A stretch of DNA of 64,000 nt from Blastocladiella emersonii ATCC 22665 (taxonomy: Eukaryota; Fungi; Blastocladiomycota): the NCBI GenBank assembly GCA_025594325.1, contig JANHCV010000002.1:1302001-1366000 (forward strand), read 5' to 3'. The notes beneath the pieces are model-generated. The model was not told the origin of the DNA and did not search any database. It was given only the letters and a program-made list of their open reading frames with translations. This document shows positions 24,801 to 36,156 of this stretch, piece after piece (the stretch's first letter is position 1; each line of letters opens with the position of its first letter). Position numbers and translations under genes: made by a program.

Positions 24801-25436
24801 GGCCAGTCGGGGTGGATGGCGAGGCCGGTCAGGCCGCGATCAAAGTTGTTGAAGACCTCCTTGGTGCTACGGTGGTGGTCGGGGTAGGAGAAGGTTAGTT
24901 AGGGTTGAGTCGATGAGCGAGGGCGTGGTCGGGGTCGGGGTCGGGTGGCGACCGAGGGCAGTCGGCGGAGGGAGGGCCCACGGGGTCGGAGCAACCGCTG
25001 CGGCACACTCCGTGGGTCACCACCACCGGCAAACGCTGGCAAAACGCGACGGCCGGCCGCAGCAGGGTCCGCAGCGGCGGCATGAAGGTCACGGAAGGAG
25101 GCGAACAAGGCCACCCGCGACGAGACGAGGCGAAACGTACATGTCGGCGACCTTGACGGGGCGCACCTCGTCGACCGACTTGGCGTAGTAGATGACGCCG
25201 GCGCGGCCCGTGATGAAGACCTGGCCGTTGGGCGTGAAGCGCACGGCCGTCGGGTTCGGAAGCTTCTCCCAGAGCGGGTACAGGACCCAGTCGTTGGCGA
25301 GCGACTTGGGCACCGAGTTGGCGTCCGACTGGGCCAGGACCGCCGTCGCCGCCAGGGCCGCCACGAGCGCGGCGAGCGCCAGGGCGAGGAAGCCGCGGCC
25401 GCGGCCGGGACCGGCGCGGGCGGGGGTCGTCACCAT
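21844..25436 (-). CDS. Secreted glucose/sorbosone-dehydrogenase-like beta-propeller + PKD + FN3 + C-terminal carbohydrate-binding-like domain, probable GPI/TM anchor; introns 24867-25140, 24667-24733
   Basis: Signal peptide (FLALALAALVAALAATAVLA); FDRGLTGLAIHPDW, HQVGDLHF, HALGFRNPYRF, GDVGFADWEELN, NYGWP motifs of the GSDH family; PLTVNFDGTGTVDP...YEWDYG (PKD); VSWKPP...YIVYY...YEFQVSAV-type FN3; hydrophobic C-terminus. Confidence 0.8.
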
Positions 25437-27122
25437 GGTAGCGTAGTTGTGGCTGTTGTCTATGGGGGTTGCTGCTAGTGTGCGAGTGCGGCTGCTGCCA
25501 GTGTGCGACGAGTGCAGTAGGCCTAGAGGGTGATGATTCGTAGCAGAGCGCAACGGGGCGCGGAACACAAGGAGGAGAGAGAGAAGGTTAGCGTCGGTCC
25601 GCAGAGCGAGTTAAAAACGCCCCGGGGCAGCCGTGTGGCGGCGTCGCCGGCAGCGTATCGACCAACCAAGCCGCCCGCCCAGGTCGTGTTCTTCGCGGAG
25701 TGCGAATCCGCGCATCCATGCAAGTCATGCTCCCCGCGAACGAGCGAACGAGGGACTTTGGCGCGAGTGGCGCCTCGTCCCTCGGCAACGCGCTTACGAT
25801 CCATGGGCAGGGCAGGACAGCGGCGTGGGGGATGAGGGGAGCGGACCTTGGCGACGTTGCCGTCCAGTTTCTAGGGCGCCGTTGCGGGCAGTACAGCGGC
25901 ACGGATCCGAGCAGGTGCGAGGAGCGGGAGAGCGAGAGCGGGCGGGCCGGGCGAGGGTGAGGTGAGGCGGAGTGAAGCACGCACTCTTCTCCGATCGCGG
26001 CGAGCTGGGCATCGAGCAGCGAGCACGCAGTCCCTTGTCTTCGGGCGCACGTCGGTCACGGTCACGGCAAGGCGTAGCGCAACCCACCGCACCGCGCGAG
26101 ATGCTATATAGCTCCCTCGAGCCCTGCGTGCGGGACAGTCACGCGGGCTGCGGTGGCCACCGACCGGTCGGTTGGGGGCGCGCGAGACGCGTGTGCGTGT
26201 CTCGCACTCGGCGAGCTGCGCCACCACGGCGCCGCCGCGAGACGGAGGCGTGTCGCGTCGGACGCGTTCCTGCCCATTTCCGCGCGAGTTCTCACCCCGT
26301 TGTTCCAGAAGCCGAACCTTGGCAGCAACGCAAGCGTATGCAGCTGATCCGGGCAGGTGCAGCGGGTCCCTGGCTGGGCCAAGTCGGGGCGCCGCGAAGG
26401 CGAGACCACGGCCGACCGCGGCCCGATCGGGCGAGGCCGGCGCAACAGTGAGGCTACACTGTATGCATCCAGAGCATCAAGCGGTCCACGCCGCGCCGCG
26501 GCGATCGGCCAGGTCGGCACTGGCGGCGTGCGCGCGTGATCGCGCCGGCCGTGCGCGTTCGCGTCCGAATTCGCGCCCCGGAGACGGCAGCCGTGGGAAG
26601 GCGCGCTAAGCACATCACTGTGGCACCTTCGTATCGCGGCAGGGCGCGTGGGAGCGCGCCCGATGCGGAAGGACTTGCTTGGGAGCGAAGGTGCGCCGAC
26701 TTGGAGCCAAGGCCGCCGAGCCACCGCGGCCGCGGTCACGGGCCCCGCCGACGCGTCATTCATCTCGCCGCCGCGCCGCCATGCCCTGCGATGAGCGATT
26801 TCCCACAGTGCGCCCACTTGGACTCTAGAGGTACGGCGGCGACCGCCATCGGCCATGGCCACGCCCCACGGACGATGGCCGCGTCGCCCCCGCGCCCTGC
26901 GACTTCCCATATCTTCACCTTTGCCAAGACGCTGATGCAGCCGCAGCCCTTCGGTCGCCGTCTATCGCCGCCACCGCCATCGCCAAGGCCGCGCGCCGTG
27001 CTGCGCACTGGAAGGGCTAAGCTCCCAGTCGGCGCGCCGTGCCCGCCGTTCCTCGCGCTCGCGCTCGCGGGCGCGGCCACCGCCCCGCCCCGCTCTTGCC
27101 CGCCGCCCGCCTAGGAAACAGG

Positions 27123-27130
27123 TATATAAG
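27123..27130 (+). promoter_or_regulatory. TATA box upstream of the 27286 gene
   Basis: TATATAAG followed by a CT-rich leader before ATG 27286. Confidence 0.5.
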
Positions 27131-27285
27131 CTGTACCCGCGGCCCCCGTCCCCCTCGCTCTCGCTGGTCTCCTCAAGACAGACCGGTCAGCTCCCTGCTA
27201 CGCAATCAACGCACTCGACACGCGCGCGCACCGTGCTCCTCTTCTCCTCCAACAACAACCACCGCCACTCCTACTCGAATCTACG

Positions 27286-28298
27286 ATGGCTGCTCCCGCT
27301 GCTCCCGGTGGCGCTCCGCCCGCCGTGCCCCCGCCGGCCCCTGGCGCTGGCGGCGCAGGTGCTGGTGGCGCAGGCGCGGGGCCTGGTGCTGGGGCCGGGG
27401 CCGGTGGTGCTCCTGGTGCTGGCGCGGCCGGCGCAGGTGCTGGTGCGGCCGCTGGTGCAGGTGCAGGCGGTGCCGCCGCGGCGCCCGCTGTTCCCGTCGT
27501 CCTCGCTCCTCCGCCGCCGCCGGGCGCCGTCCTTCCTGCGTGCCAGGCGGTACGATCTCTTTCCCTCGACTACCGCCGCGTCTCGGCCATGGACGCTGAC
27601 CCACTCCCTCCCCCACCCTTTTCTCCTCCGCGTAGTGGCGCCCCCCTCCGCCCGGCGAGACGGCGCCGGCGTTCTGGGTGATTGGGTGCGTGCAGTCGGC
27701 GACGGGGTTCCAGTGCGGGCCGAACCAGCCGTTCGCGGAGCTGCCGACGTGCTCGCTCAGGAACTGGAACGCCAACTGCCCGCACCAGCCGTGGCTGCTC
27801 CCGCAGGTCCCGCCCGTCACCCAGCGCGTCCCCATCTACGGCTGCATCAGCAACGAGGCCATCCCGACCGGTTACCTGTGCCCGTCGCTCGACGTGGTCG
27901 TGCCGAGCGGGACCACGGACCCGTCGCTCAACGTCAACGGCAACGTCGACCAGCCGTGCTTTGTCGGTGCGTCTTCTCTTCTCGCTGGCGCTGGCCATGA
28001 TCACGGACCGTGTGCTAACCTCCGCACTCGCGCGACCATCGTAGCCCCGCCCAACACGACCACGACCGACATGGCCGCGGCGACGCCGTCCGACGGAATG
28101 CCGACGGACCTCGGGATGCCGACCGACTCGTCGACCGAGACGGCGGCGGCGGCCGAGCCCACGGACGCGTCGGCCTCGTTCGGCACCAGCACCAACGCCG
28201 CCATGGCCAACTCGGTCGTGCTCCCGATCCACACCCTCGCCCTCTGGATCGTCCTGCTCAACCTCATCTTTGCCGGCGGCATGCACCGCGGCGCGTGA
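27286..28298 (+). CDS. Hypothetical protein: Gly/Ala/Pro-rich N-terminus, 8-Cys domain, Thr/Asp-rich stalk, C-terminal hydrophobic helix; introns 27550-27635 and 27968-28044
   Basis: GTACGA...TAG and GTGCGT...TAG introns join three frames into one ORF ending LALWIVLLNLIFAGGMHRGA*; no family recognised. Confidence 0.6.
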
Positions 28299-28710
28299 GA
28301 TCGCGCAAATGGTTTTGGCTTCCTCGTGTATCGATTATCCTCCCCTCCCCTTCCCCTCCCTCGATCTGTATTTCCGCGCTCGTCGTGGTGCGCGCGTAAG
28401 CGTGTGCGTGTTGTAAGAATGAAACCCCTCCTTCTCTTCATCCTCCTTTCTCGTCTCGATGGGCGTGGTTGTTGCGGACTGAGCCCCGAGTGTTCATGGC
28501 CATGGTCATGGCCACGGGCGCGATCCATGGCCCGTGGTCGCGGTCACCGCTTCCATCCGCGCGCTACACCCTCAACTTCACGTCCTCAACAACCATCGAT
28601 TGAGAGAGCACCGATTGTATTCGATACCAGTAAACAAAAAAGGTTGGGTGGGGTAGTCTCGAAGAAAAAGTAGGTGGCTCACGGCGAACCACCGCACACG
28701 CGCACAACCC

Positions 28711-30059
28711 TTAGCGCACGGGCACGCTCCACTCGGACTTGATCTCGCCGTACTGGATGCCGAGGATCGTGTCGTTGAGGCGCTTGGTGAGCGGGCCGGC
28801 CTGGGCCTTGGGGTCCTTGGGGTCGAGCGGGATCGCGATATCCTTGCCGTTGTAGTGCACGTTCTTGATGGGCGACACGATGCACGCGGTGCCGGCGCCA
28901 AACATCTCGAGCAGGCGGCCCTCCTTGGCGGCGGCCTGGATGTCCTTCATGTAGATCTTGCGCTCGGCGACCTGGAACTCGCCCCACTGGCGCGCGAGGC
29001 CGAGGATCGAGTCGCGCGTGACACCCGGCAGGATGGTGCCGTCGAGGGGCGGGGTCACGAGCTCGCGCTGGCCCTTCTCGTTGACCCAGTACACGAAGCA
29101 GTTCATGGTGCCGACTTCCGTCAGCTCGTCGTTGGCGCCGTACAGCCACAGCACCTGCTGGTGGCCGCGCGCGTTGGCGTTGACCTGCGGCATGATGGTC
29201 GGCGCGTAGTTGCCGCCGACCTTGGCGTCGCCGGTGCCGCCGGGCCACGCGCGCACGTAGCTCGACTGCGCGAGCAGGCTGACGGCCGTGAAGCCCGTGC
29301 GGAAGTAGGGCCCGACGGGCGACGCGATCACGAACAGCATGGCCTTGGACGACGGGCCGACGCCGAGACTCGGCTGGGTGCCGATCAGCGTCGGGCGCAG
29401 GTACAGCGAGTAGCCCTTCTCCTGCGGGATCCACCGCTCCTCGGTCTTGACGAAGGCCTTGATGCAGTTGACGAGCTCGTCCTTGTTGAAGGACGGGAGG
29501 GCGAGGCGCGACGACGAGCGGGCGAGGCGCGTCATGTTCATGTCGGGGCGGAACAGGCGCACGGTGCCCTGCTTGTCCTTGTACGCCTTCATGCCCTCAA
29601 AGCACTCCATGCCGTAGTGGAACACGGTGCACGACGGGTCGAGCGACAGCGGGCCGTACGGCAGGATCTTGGGCGCGCCCCACCCGGCGGCCGCGTCCCA
29701 CTCGATCACCAGCATGTGGTCGCTGAACTCCTTGCCGAACACCAGGTCCTTGAGCGGCACCAGCGGCTTGGGCTTCGTGTTCTTGGTGATCTGCAGCTTG
29801 GCCGACTAGGCGTCCGCGCAAGGGTGTCAGCGCACGCACGCACGGTTCGTGTGTGCGGGTCGAGCAATCGGCGTACCGAGAGGTCCGCGGCCGAGGGCTG
29901 CGGGGACGCCGATGCCGCGGCGAACGCGCGGGCCGCCGTGCGCATGGCGACGGGGCGCGCAACGTTGGCGCGGGCGACCGCGGGCGACGCCGCCGACATG
30001 GACGCAAGGAGACGGCGCGCCGCGGCGCCGCTGCTGCCGAGAAGGAGGTTGCGGGACAT
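28711..30059 (-). CDS. BAT1: Mitochondrial branched-chain amino acid aminotransferase; intron 29806-29876
   Basis: Arg/Ser/Ala-rich presequence; FSDHML, FHYGMECFEGMKAY, LFRPDMN, GDAKVGGNY (PLP Lys), TEVGTMN, ILPGVTRDS motifs. Confidence 0.95.
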
Positions 30060-30450
30060 GCTACGGATTCGGTGCGTGCGGGTCGGTCAGCGCCGGCAGG
30101 GACGCATGTGTGCATGATGTGGCGTACATGGTGGGTGGGTGAGTGCGCGTATGCAAGACGCGAGGGGGGGGGATGGGCGGGCAACGCTTGGGAGCAGGGA
30201 CCGGCGGGAGAGAGAAGGGACGGCGGGCGGCAGGGCGCGGGACACGGCGGCAGCCGACCAAACGATGTTGGGGCACGCCGGGTGAGCCCGCGGACTCTAA
30301 GGAAAAAAAGCGACGCGTTGCGCCGCCCGCCAACGGGCCGCGTGGCGCCAGCTGACCACGGCGCAACCTTACCGCGCCGCGCGACTCACGCCAAGAGTCA
30401 CCATCACCTCGCCCATCGTTCTCGCGGAACCACGATCACACACACACACC

Positions 30451-32307
30451 ATGACGCAAATGGAACGACCGAAGCTGGCGGCCAAGCGGCCCGCCGCCGC
30501 CGCCGCCGACCCCGCCGCGACCGCGACCGCGGACCCGCCGCGCAAGCGGACGCGCGCGTTCCCGCCGCAGCCGTCGGTCGCGCCGCACCCGCTCGGGATC
30601 CGGCCAATGGGCAACCTGCTGTTCGCGCGGAGCGAGCCCGGGTTCGTCGACACGCGCGGGCGCGGGCTCGGTCCGTTTGCGCGGTTCGACGACGAGTTCC
30701 TGCTGGCGTTCCTCGTCACGTACCTCGACGACCCGCGCGCGCTGTGCGCGCTGGGCCGCGCGTCCAAGGCGTGGTACGCGTTCTGGGCGTACGACGAGAT
30801 CTGGAAGGGCTGGGTCCTCGAGCGGTGGCGTGACCTGCCGCCCGGTGGGCCCGTCCCGAAAGTTTACGTGCCGACGGGATGGCGGCACACGTATATCCAC
30901 CTGGTCGTGGGCACGCCCGTCGAGCAGCTCGCGCAGTCGCCGCTCGTCGCGGACCCCGTCCAGATCCCGCACCTGTACTCGGACCTGCTGTTCCACCCGC
31001 ACCTTTACGCGTCGACGCCGCTCGCGTACCTCGTCGACATGCTCGAGGCGCTGACGGCGACGGGCGTCGTGCGCGCCATGGACGCCGTCGACCGGCCCTC
31101 CGTCGACGCGTTCGTCGCGGCGTACGAGGCGCCCAACAAGCCGTGCATTCTGCGCGGGTGCATGGCCGAGTGGCCCGCGATGCGCGGGGGCGCGTGGAAC
31201 TGGGACGCGCTCGCCAGCCGTCTCGGCGACGTCCCGCTGCGCGCTGAGGCCGTCGACATGCTGCTCGCCGAGTACCTCGCGTACATGAATGCGCACCCGG
31301 CCGACGAGGCCCCCGTGTACCTCTTCGACAAGGACTACCCGAAGCAGGGCGCGGGCGGGTGCGAGCTCGCTGCCGGGTACACGGTGCCGCCGTACTTTAC
31401 CGCCGACCTGTTCTCGGTGCTGGGCGCGACGCGGCCCGACTACTCGTGGCTGATCGTCGGGCCCGAGCGGTCCGGGTCGTCGCACCACAAGGACCCGAAC
31501 TCGACGTCGGCGTGGAACGCCGTGATCCGCGGCGCGAAACTGTGGCTCATGTACCCGCCGGACCTCGTGCCGCCCGGCGTGTTCCCGAGCGCTGACGGCG
31601 CCAATGTGTCGACGCCCGTCTCGCTCATGGACTGGTGGCTTAACTGGTTCCCGCAGACCCGCCAGCTCGTCCGCGGCGTCCCGCGCGACCGCCGCCCCGT
31701 CTGGGCCGTGTGCCGCGAGGGCGAGATCGCGTTTGTCCCGTGCGGGTGGTGGCATACCGTCATCAACCTCGAGCCGTCCATTGCTATCACGCAGAACTAC
31801 GTCTCCCAGCACAACCTGCGCAGCGTCCTCGAGTTCCTCTTCTGCAACCGCGAGATGATCTCGGGCTACGGCAACGCCGACGACGCGGCGGATACCGTTG
31901 GCGGAGCGACTGCTTCTGAGGACAACGCTGCTACCGAGGCACCCGCCGCTGCGACCTCCTGCGCCGCCGCGCCGTCGACTGCAAGCAGCGCGCGGCCCGG
32001 CGGCAACGGCAACTGCGTCGACGCGCGCCGCCTGTACGAGGACTTTGTGCAGGGTCTGCGGACGCAGCGCGGCGACGACGCGGCGCTCATGTCGGTCCTC
32101 GACGCGTTCGTGCGCGAGGTGGTCGAGCCCAAGCAGGCGCAGAAGTCGGCGGGCGAGGGCGTTGTCGAGTGCAACGTCAAGACCGAGCCGTCGCTCACGC
32201 TCTGGGAGTCGATTCTCGCGGGCGACGGCGGGGCCGGCGCGCAGCAGCAGCAGCAGCAACAGGGCTCGCACGAGCAGGGCAGTTTCCTCGCGTCGCTGTT
32301 CGGGTAG
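30451..32307 (+). CDS. F-box-like + JmjC dioxygenase (JMJD6/PSR-like), intronless
   Basis: F-box-like FDDEFLLAFL...LCALGRASKAWY; YLFDK, IVGPERSGSSHHKDPNSTSAWNAV (HxD), FVPCGWWHTVINL (His). Confidence 0.88.
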   Translation: MTQMERPKLAAKRPAAAAADPAATATADPPRKRTRAFPPQPSVAPHPLGIRPMGNLLFARSEPGFVDTRGRGLGPFARFDDEFLLAFLVTYLDDPRALCALGRASKAWYAFWAYDEIWKGWVLERWRDLPPGGPVPKVYVPTGWRHTYIHLVVGTPVEQLAQSPLVADPVQIPHLYSDLLFHPHLYASTPLAYLVDMLEALTATGVVRAMDAVDRPSVDAFVAAYEAPNKPCILRGCMAEWPAMRGGAWNWDALASRLGDVPLRAEAVDMLLAEYLAYMNAHPADEAPVYLFDKDYPKQGAGGCELAAGYTVPPYFTADLFSVLGATRPDYSWLIVGPERSGSSHHKDPNSTSAWNAVIRGAKLWLMYPPDLVPPGVFPSADGANVSTPVSLMDWWLNWFPQTRQLVRGVPRDRRPVWAVCREGEIAFVPCGWWHTVINLEPSIAITQNYVSQHNLRSVLEFLFCNREMISGYGNADDAADTVGGATASEDNAATEAPAAATSCAAAPSTASSARPGGNGNCVDARRLYEDFVQGLRTQRGDDAALMSVLDAFVREVVEPKQAQKSAGEGVVECNVKTEPSLTLWESILAGDGGAGAQQQQQQQGSHEQGSFLASLFG

Positions 32308-32372
32308 AGTGATAAATACATGGCAGTTGTATTGCATAAGTGGTTCATAGAGGAGTCCCTCTCGCGCAGCGA

Positions 32373-34261
32373 TCAGACGCCGTGGTCGTGGCCGTTGGTC
32401 GTGGCCGCCGCCGCCGCCGCTGCTGCTGCGGCCTTCTTGGCGCCCTTGGCCGCCTCCTCCTCGAGGATCTTGTCGAACTCGGCCTGCGCGGCCGCGAGCG
32501 TCTCGTCGGTCATGAGCTCGGCCGCGAGCGCGCCATGTTTCGCGCCGGCCGTGGTCCCGCCGGACGTGGGCCGCTTCGCGGCCTGGGCCTTGAGCCGCTT
32601 CTCGCGGGCGGCGGCCTCGAGGGCCTTTTCGCGCTTGGCCTCGCGCTCGAGCATCTGCGAAAACGCGGCCTTCTCGCCGGGCTGGATGCGGGCGAGCGAG
32701 TCGGACAGCTCGAGCAGCGTCGTGGACCCGTCGCGCGCCGACACGGCGACGACACGGCCGTGTTCCTGGACGCGCAGGGCGTGCACGGGGCTCGACCCGA
32801 CGGGCACCGTCAGCGTCGGCGCGTTCTGCTTGAACAGACAGTCCCACACGTCGATGCTGCCGTCGGCCTTGCCCGTGAAGAAGACCGAGGGGCGGACCGG
32901 CGACCAGCACCCGTCCGTCAGGTACGACGTGTGGTACCGCGTCGACAGGATATTGCTGCGCACGTCCTCGGACCACACCTTGGCCGACCAGTCGCCGACC
33001 GTCAAAAAGTTCTTGGTGAAGAACGGGTTGCGCTGCAGCGCGCGGACTGGGCCGAAGTGGCCAGAGTACGAGTGCGAGATGCGGTCGGCGGGCGTCTTGG
33101 CCTTTTTGTTGCACATGGCGATGAGGCCGGCTTCGGTGCCGACCATGAATTTCGTCGGCTATAAGCGCGCTAGTTAGTTCGATCCGATGAGCGGGAGGAA
33201 GCGCGCAAGCAAGTACCATGGTCGGCTCAAAGTCGAGCACGGTGCCGCCGACGATGCGCGCGTTCTTCTCGGCGTCGAGCATGAGCGACTCGGTGGGCTC
33301 GGACAGTTTGCGGATATCCCACCACAGGACCTGGCCGTCGGCCGAGGTGGAGAAGAACTCGGACCCGGTCTTGGACTGGACCCAGGCGACCGAGTAGACG
33401 ACGTCGCGGTGGGCCTTGTCGATGGCGCTGCTGTCGACGGGGTACGACCCTTTGCGGGTGTCCCAGTACGCGACGATGCCGTTGTAGCTCCCACCGACGA
33501 GGATGTGCGGGTCCTTGGGGTTGTACTTGATGCACACGAGCGGCGAGGCGGGCAGGATCGACTGGTCGGGCAGGTTCGGATTCTCAATGTCCCAGATGTA
33601 CGATTCGTACGTCATGCCCATGGGCGTGCGCTGGAAGTCGAGTACCGAGTAGGCCACGGCGATCTTGTTCCCGTCCTCGGGGTACCACGACAGCGCGGTC
33701 GCGGCGCGCTTGACCGGGTTCGGGTCGCGGTACACGTTGAGGGTCTTGGCCGACGGCGGGTCCGTGCTCAGCTCCTCCTTGACGTTGGTGAAGTACTCGC
33801 CGTAGATGTCGATGGCGTTGTTCTGCTTGATGGTGTGCTCGACCGTCTACTGCCGCTCGCGTGGTTAGCGGTGTTGCTGTGCTCGCTCGCGCGGATCAGC
33901 ACGCCGCGGGACGTGCCTCGCTCAGCGACTTGACGACGCGCATGTACTCCTCGTCCTTTTCGACCTTGCGGCGGTACCGCAGCGTGTGCTCGACGTCCGA
34001 GGCGTCGACATCCTTTGGCCACCCGCCCTCGGTGTGCTGGATGCCGACGTTGGCCATGACGATGGACTCGGTGTTGACCTCGTGCTCGCTCATCTCGGGC
34101 GCGGCCTGCATCTCGACCGTGATCGGGTTGCGCTCGACCACGGCGTCGGCGGCGGCCGCATCGGGCGCAATGTGCACGGTCAGGTCCGGCGGGCGGTCGC
34201 CCAGCAGCGGCTGGCGGCCAAACTCGCGGCGCTTCTTCTGGTAGACGTAGACGATTTCCAT
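32373..34261 (-). CDS. DNAI2: Axonemal outer-arm dynein intermediate chain 2 (WD40); introns 33847-33916 (GC-AG) and 33159-33216
   Basis: MEIVYVYQKKRREFGRQ, GGWPKDV, IKQNNAIDIY, PTKFMVGTE, QRNPF..KNFLTVGDW motifs typical of DNAI2/IC69. Confidence 0.93.
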
Positions 34262-34536
34262 GGCTGATTGGTGGTCGCTTTGAGTGAAACGAGGAGGGAG
34301 AGGGAAGAAGTGGACGAGGTCAGTCCGCGGTGCGCGCCGGACGCGTCGCGCATCGCGACGCATGCCGGCAGGGGACGCGAGGCAGCACGTGAGCAAGAAC
34401 CGGAGACGCTTTTCTCGTCTCGCGCCTCTGCGATCGCTCCGCCGGCGCGCTCCGTTCCGCCTCCCCTCCGCTCTCCCTCGCCTCTCAACGCATCCGCCCA
34501 TCGCATCGCACTCGACTGAACACACATCCTCGCGTA

Positions 34537-36027
34537 ATGAACGGCCAGGCGCAGTTGCACCCGCACTACGCGCACGCCGGCGCCGCTCCGCCACCTCCAC
34601 CGCCGCCGCCGCAGGCCCACACCTACGCGGCTGCCATGAATTCCGCGCTGGCGCCGCACCGGCCGTCACACACGCACCAACACGGTGCGGGCGCCGCGCT
34701 CACCGCGTCCGCCGGTGGTGGCGCGCAGCTGAGCGTCAACTTCACGACGCTGCAGCCGTTCGCCGACGAGCGCATCGAGCTGCCGCCATCGGCCGCGCAC
34801 GTCGCGCCGACGGTGCTGATCGATCCGGTGGTCGAGGCGATCCGCAAGGCGTTCCCGGAGCGGTTTCTCGGGACGTGGCTGTACACGCACTCGTACTCGT
34901 CCTCCCCCTCCTCCGCCGATGGCTCGACCGACCCGCCGTGCGCGTCGGGCGTGCTGTTCCCGCCGCTCGAGCACCTCGTCAACGGCACGCTGCACGTGCG
35001 GATCCCCGCCTACCACCTGTCGTACAACAACCCGGCGGTGCGCCGCGCCGCCGTGTGGGGGACCGCCGTCTACACGGACGACTCGGACGTGGTCGCCATG
35101 CTCCTGCACGCCGGCAAGGTCACCCTGCCCGACCCCGTCCCGGAGAACACCCGGTCGGCGCCGTTCCACGCGCCGGGCGTCACGGACCTGCTCGTCAGCC
35201 TGCGCGTCTACCCGCGCCTCGAGCACTACCCCGGCACGCTCGCCAACCGCATCCGGTCGCGCGCGTGGGTCGACCACGACGGCGTGTCGCTCGTCATTGA
35301 GAAGGTGACGCCGCTGCAGGTACGCTGTTTGGGATTGACGCGTTCGGTGGGTAAAGGCTAAAACGCGTCCCGTGTGTAGCGCGGCGAAGCCTTACGCGCT
35401 GTAGGCCGGCGCACGCGCAAGCTGCTGCTGGGCCAGCGCCTGCGGATGCACGCGTGGGCGGTGCGCCGCGGGCGGCTCGCCGTCGAGGACCTGGGCGATG
35501 CGCGCGTCGGGTTCACGCCCGAGGGCATGCCGGCGCTCGTCTACACGCCCGACCTCGCGCCCACGCTCTCTGGCCGCGCGTTCGCCGTGCAGCAGGAGCA
35601 CCACGACCGGTACATCTTTGACCCGGTCCGCACCAAGGCCGGCGACACGACGTACGCGCTGCGGCGCGTCGCCCTGGTGGGGGATGGCGACGAGGCCAAG
35701 GCGACGCTCGTCATCACCGACGCGGCGTGGTCGTGCGACGTGGTGTTCCGCGACGACGGGATCGAGGTCACTGGGTCCGTCGACGTCGACGGCGTCACGG
35801 TCCGCAAGCGCGTGTTTGTCCGTGTCGACCGCGTCTGGTTCGTGCACTCGGCGACCGACGGCGGAAAGACCAAGTCGAGGCCAAGCAGCCGGTCCAGCGG
35901 TGGGGAGCAGCAGCCATCGGCGGCGACGGCGTCCACGGCCGCCGCGGCCGAGACTGCACCACCAACAGTACCAGAACCGGCTGCGCCCGCCAAGGACGCG
36001 GCCCCACCATCCTCGTCGTCGTCCTGA
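34537..36027 (+). CDS. RXT3: Rxt3-like histone deacetylase complex subunit; intron 35320-35379
   Basis: LGTWLY...VRIP......N..V..RAVWGT.VYTDDSD..AML.H.G...Y....N.IRSR.W..HDG.S Rxt3 domain; splicing continues the frame to TGA 36025-36027. Confidence 0.75.
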
Positions 36028-36156
36028 CGCTGCCCTCCTGTCCATTTTGCTCGCCAGTACAACTACAACTGTTTTGCCTTCCTCGCTGTGCCACCACCGC
36101 TCACGACGTCTCCCGCTCTCTCCGTGATCCGCAACCACTACTCCCATGCAATTCCA

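Noticed and set aside
24867-25140. Unusually long (274-bp) intron as a snoRNA host or hidden exon
   Set aside because: No clear C/D or H/ACA boxes or extra in-frame exon could be supported by eye.
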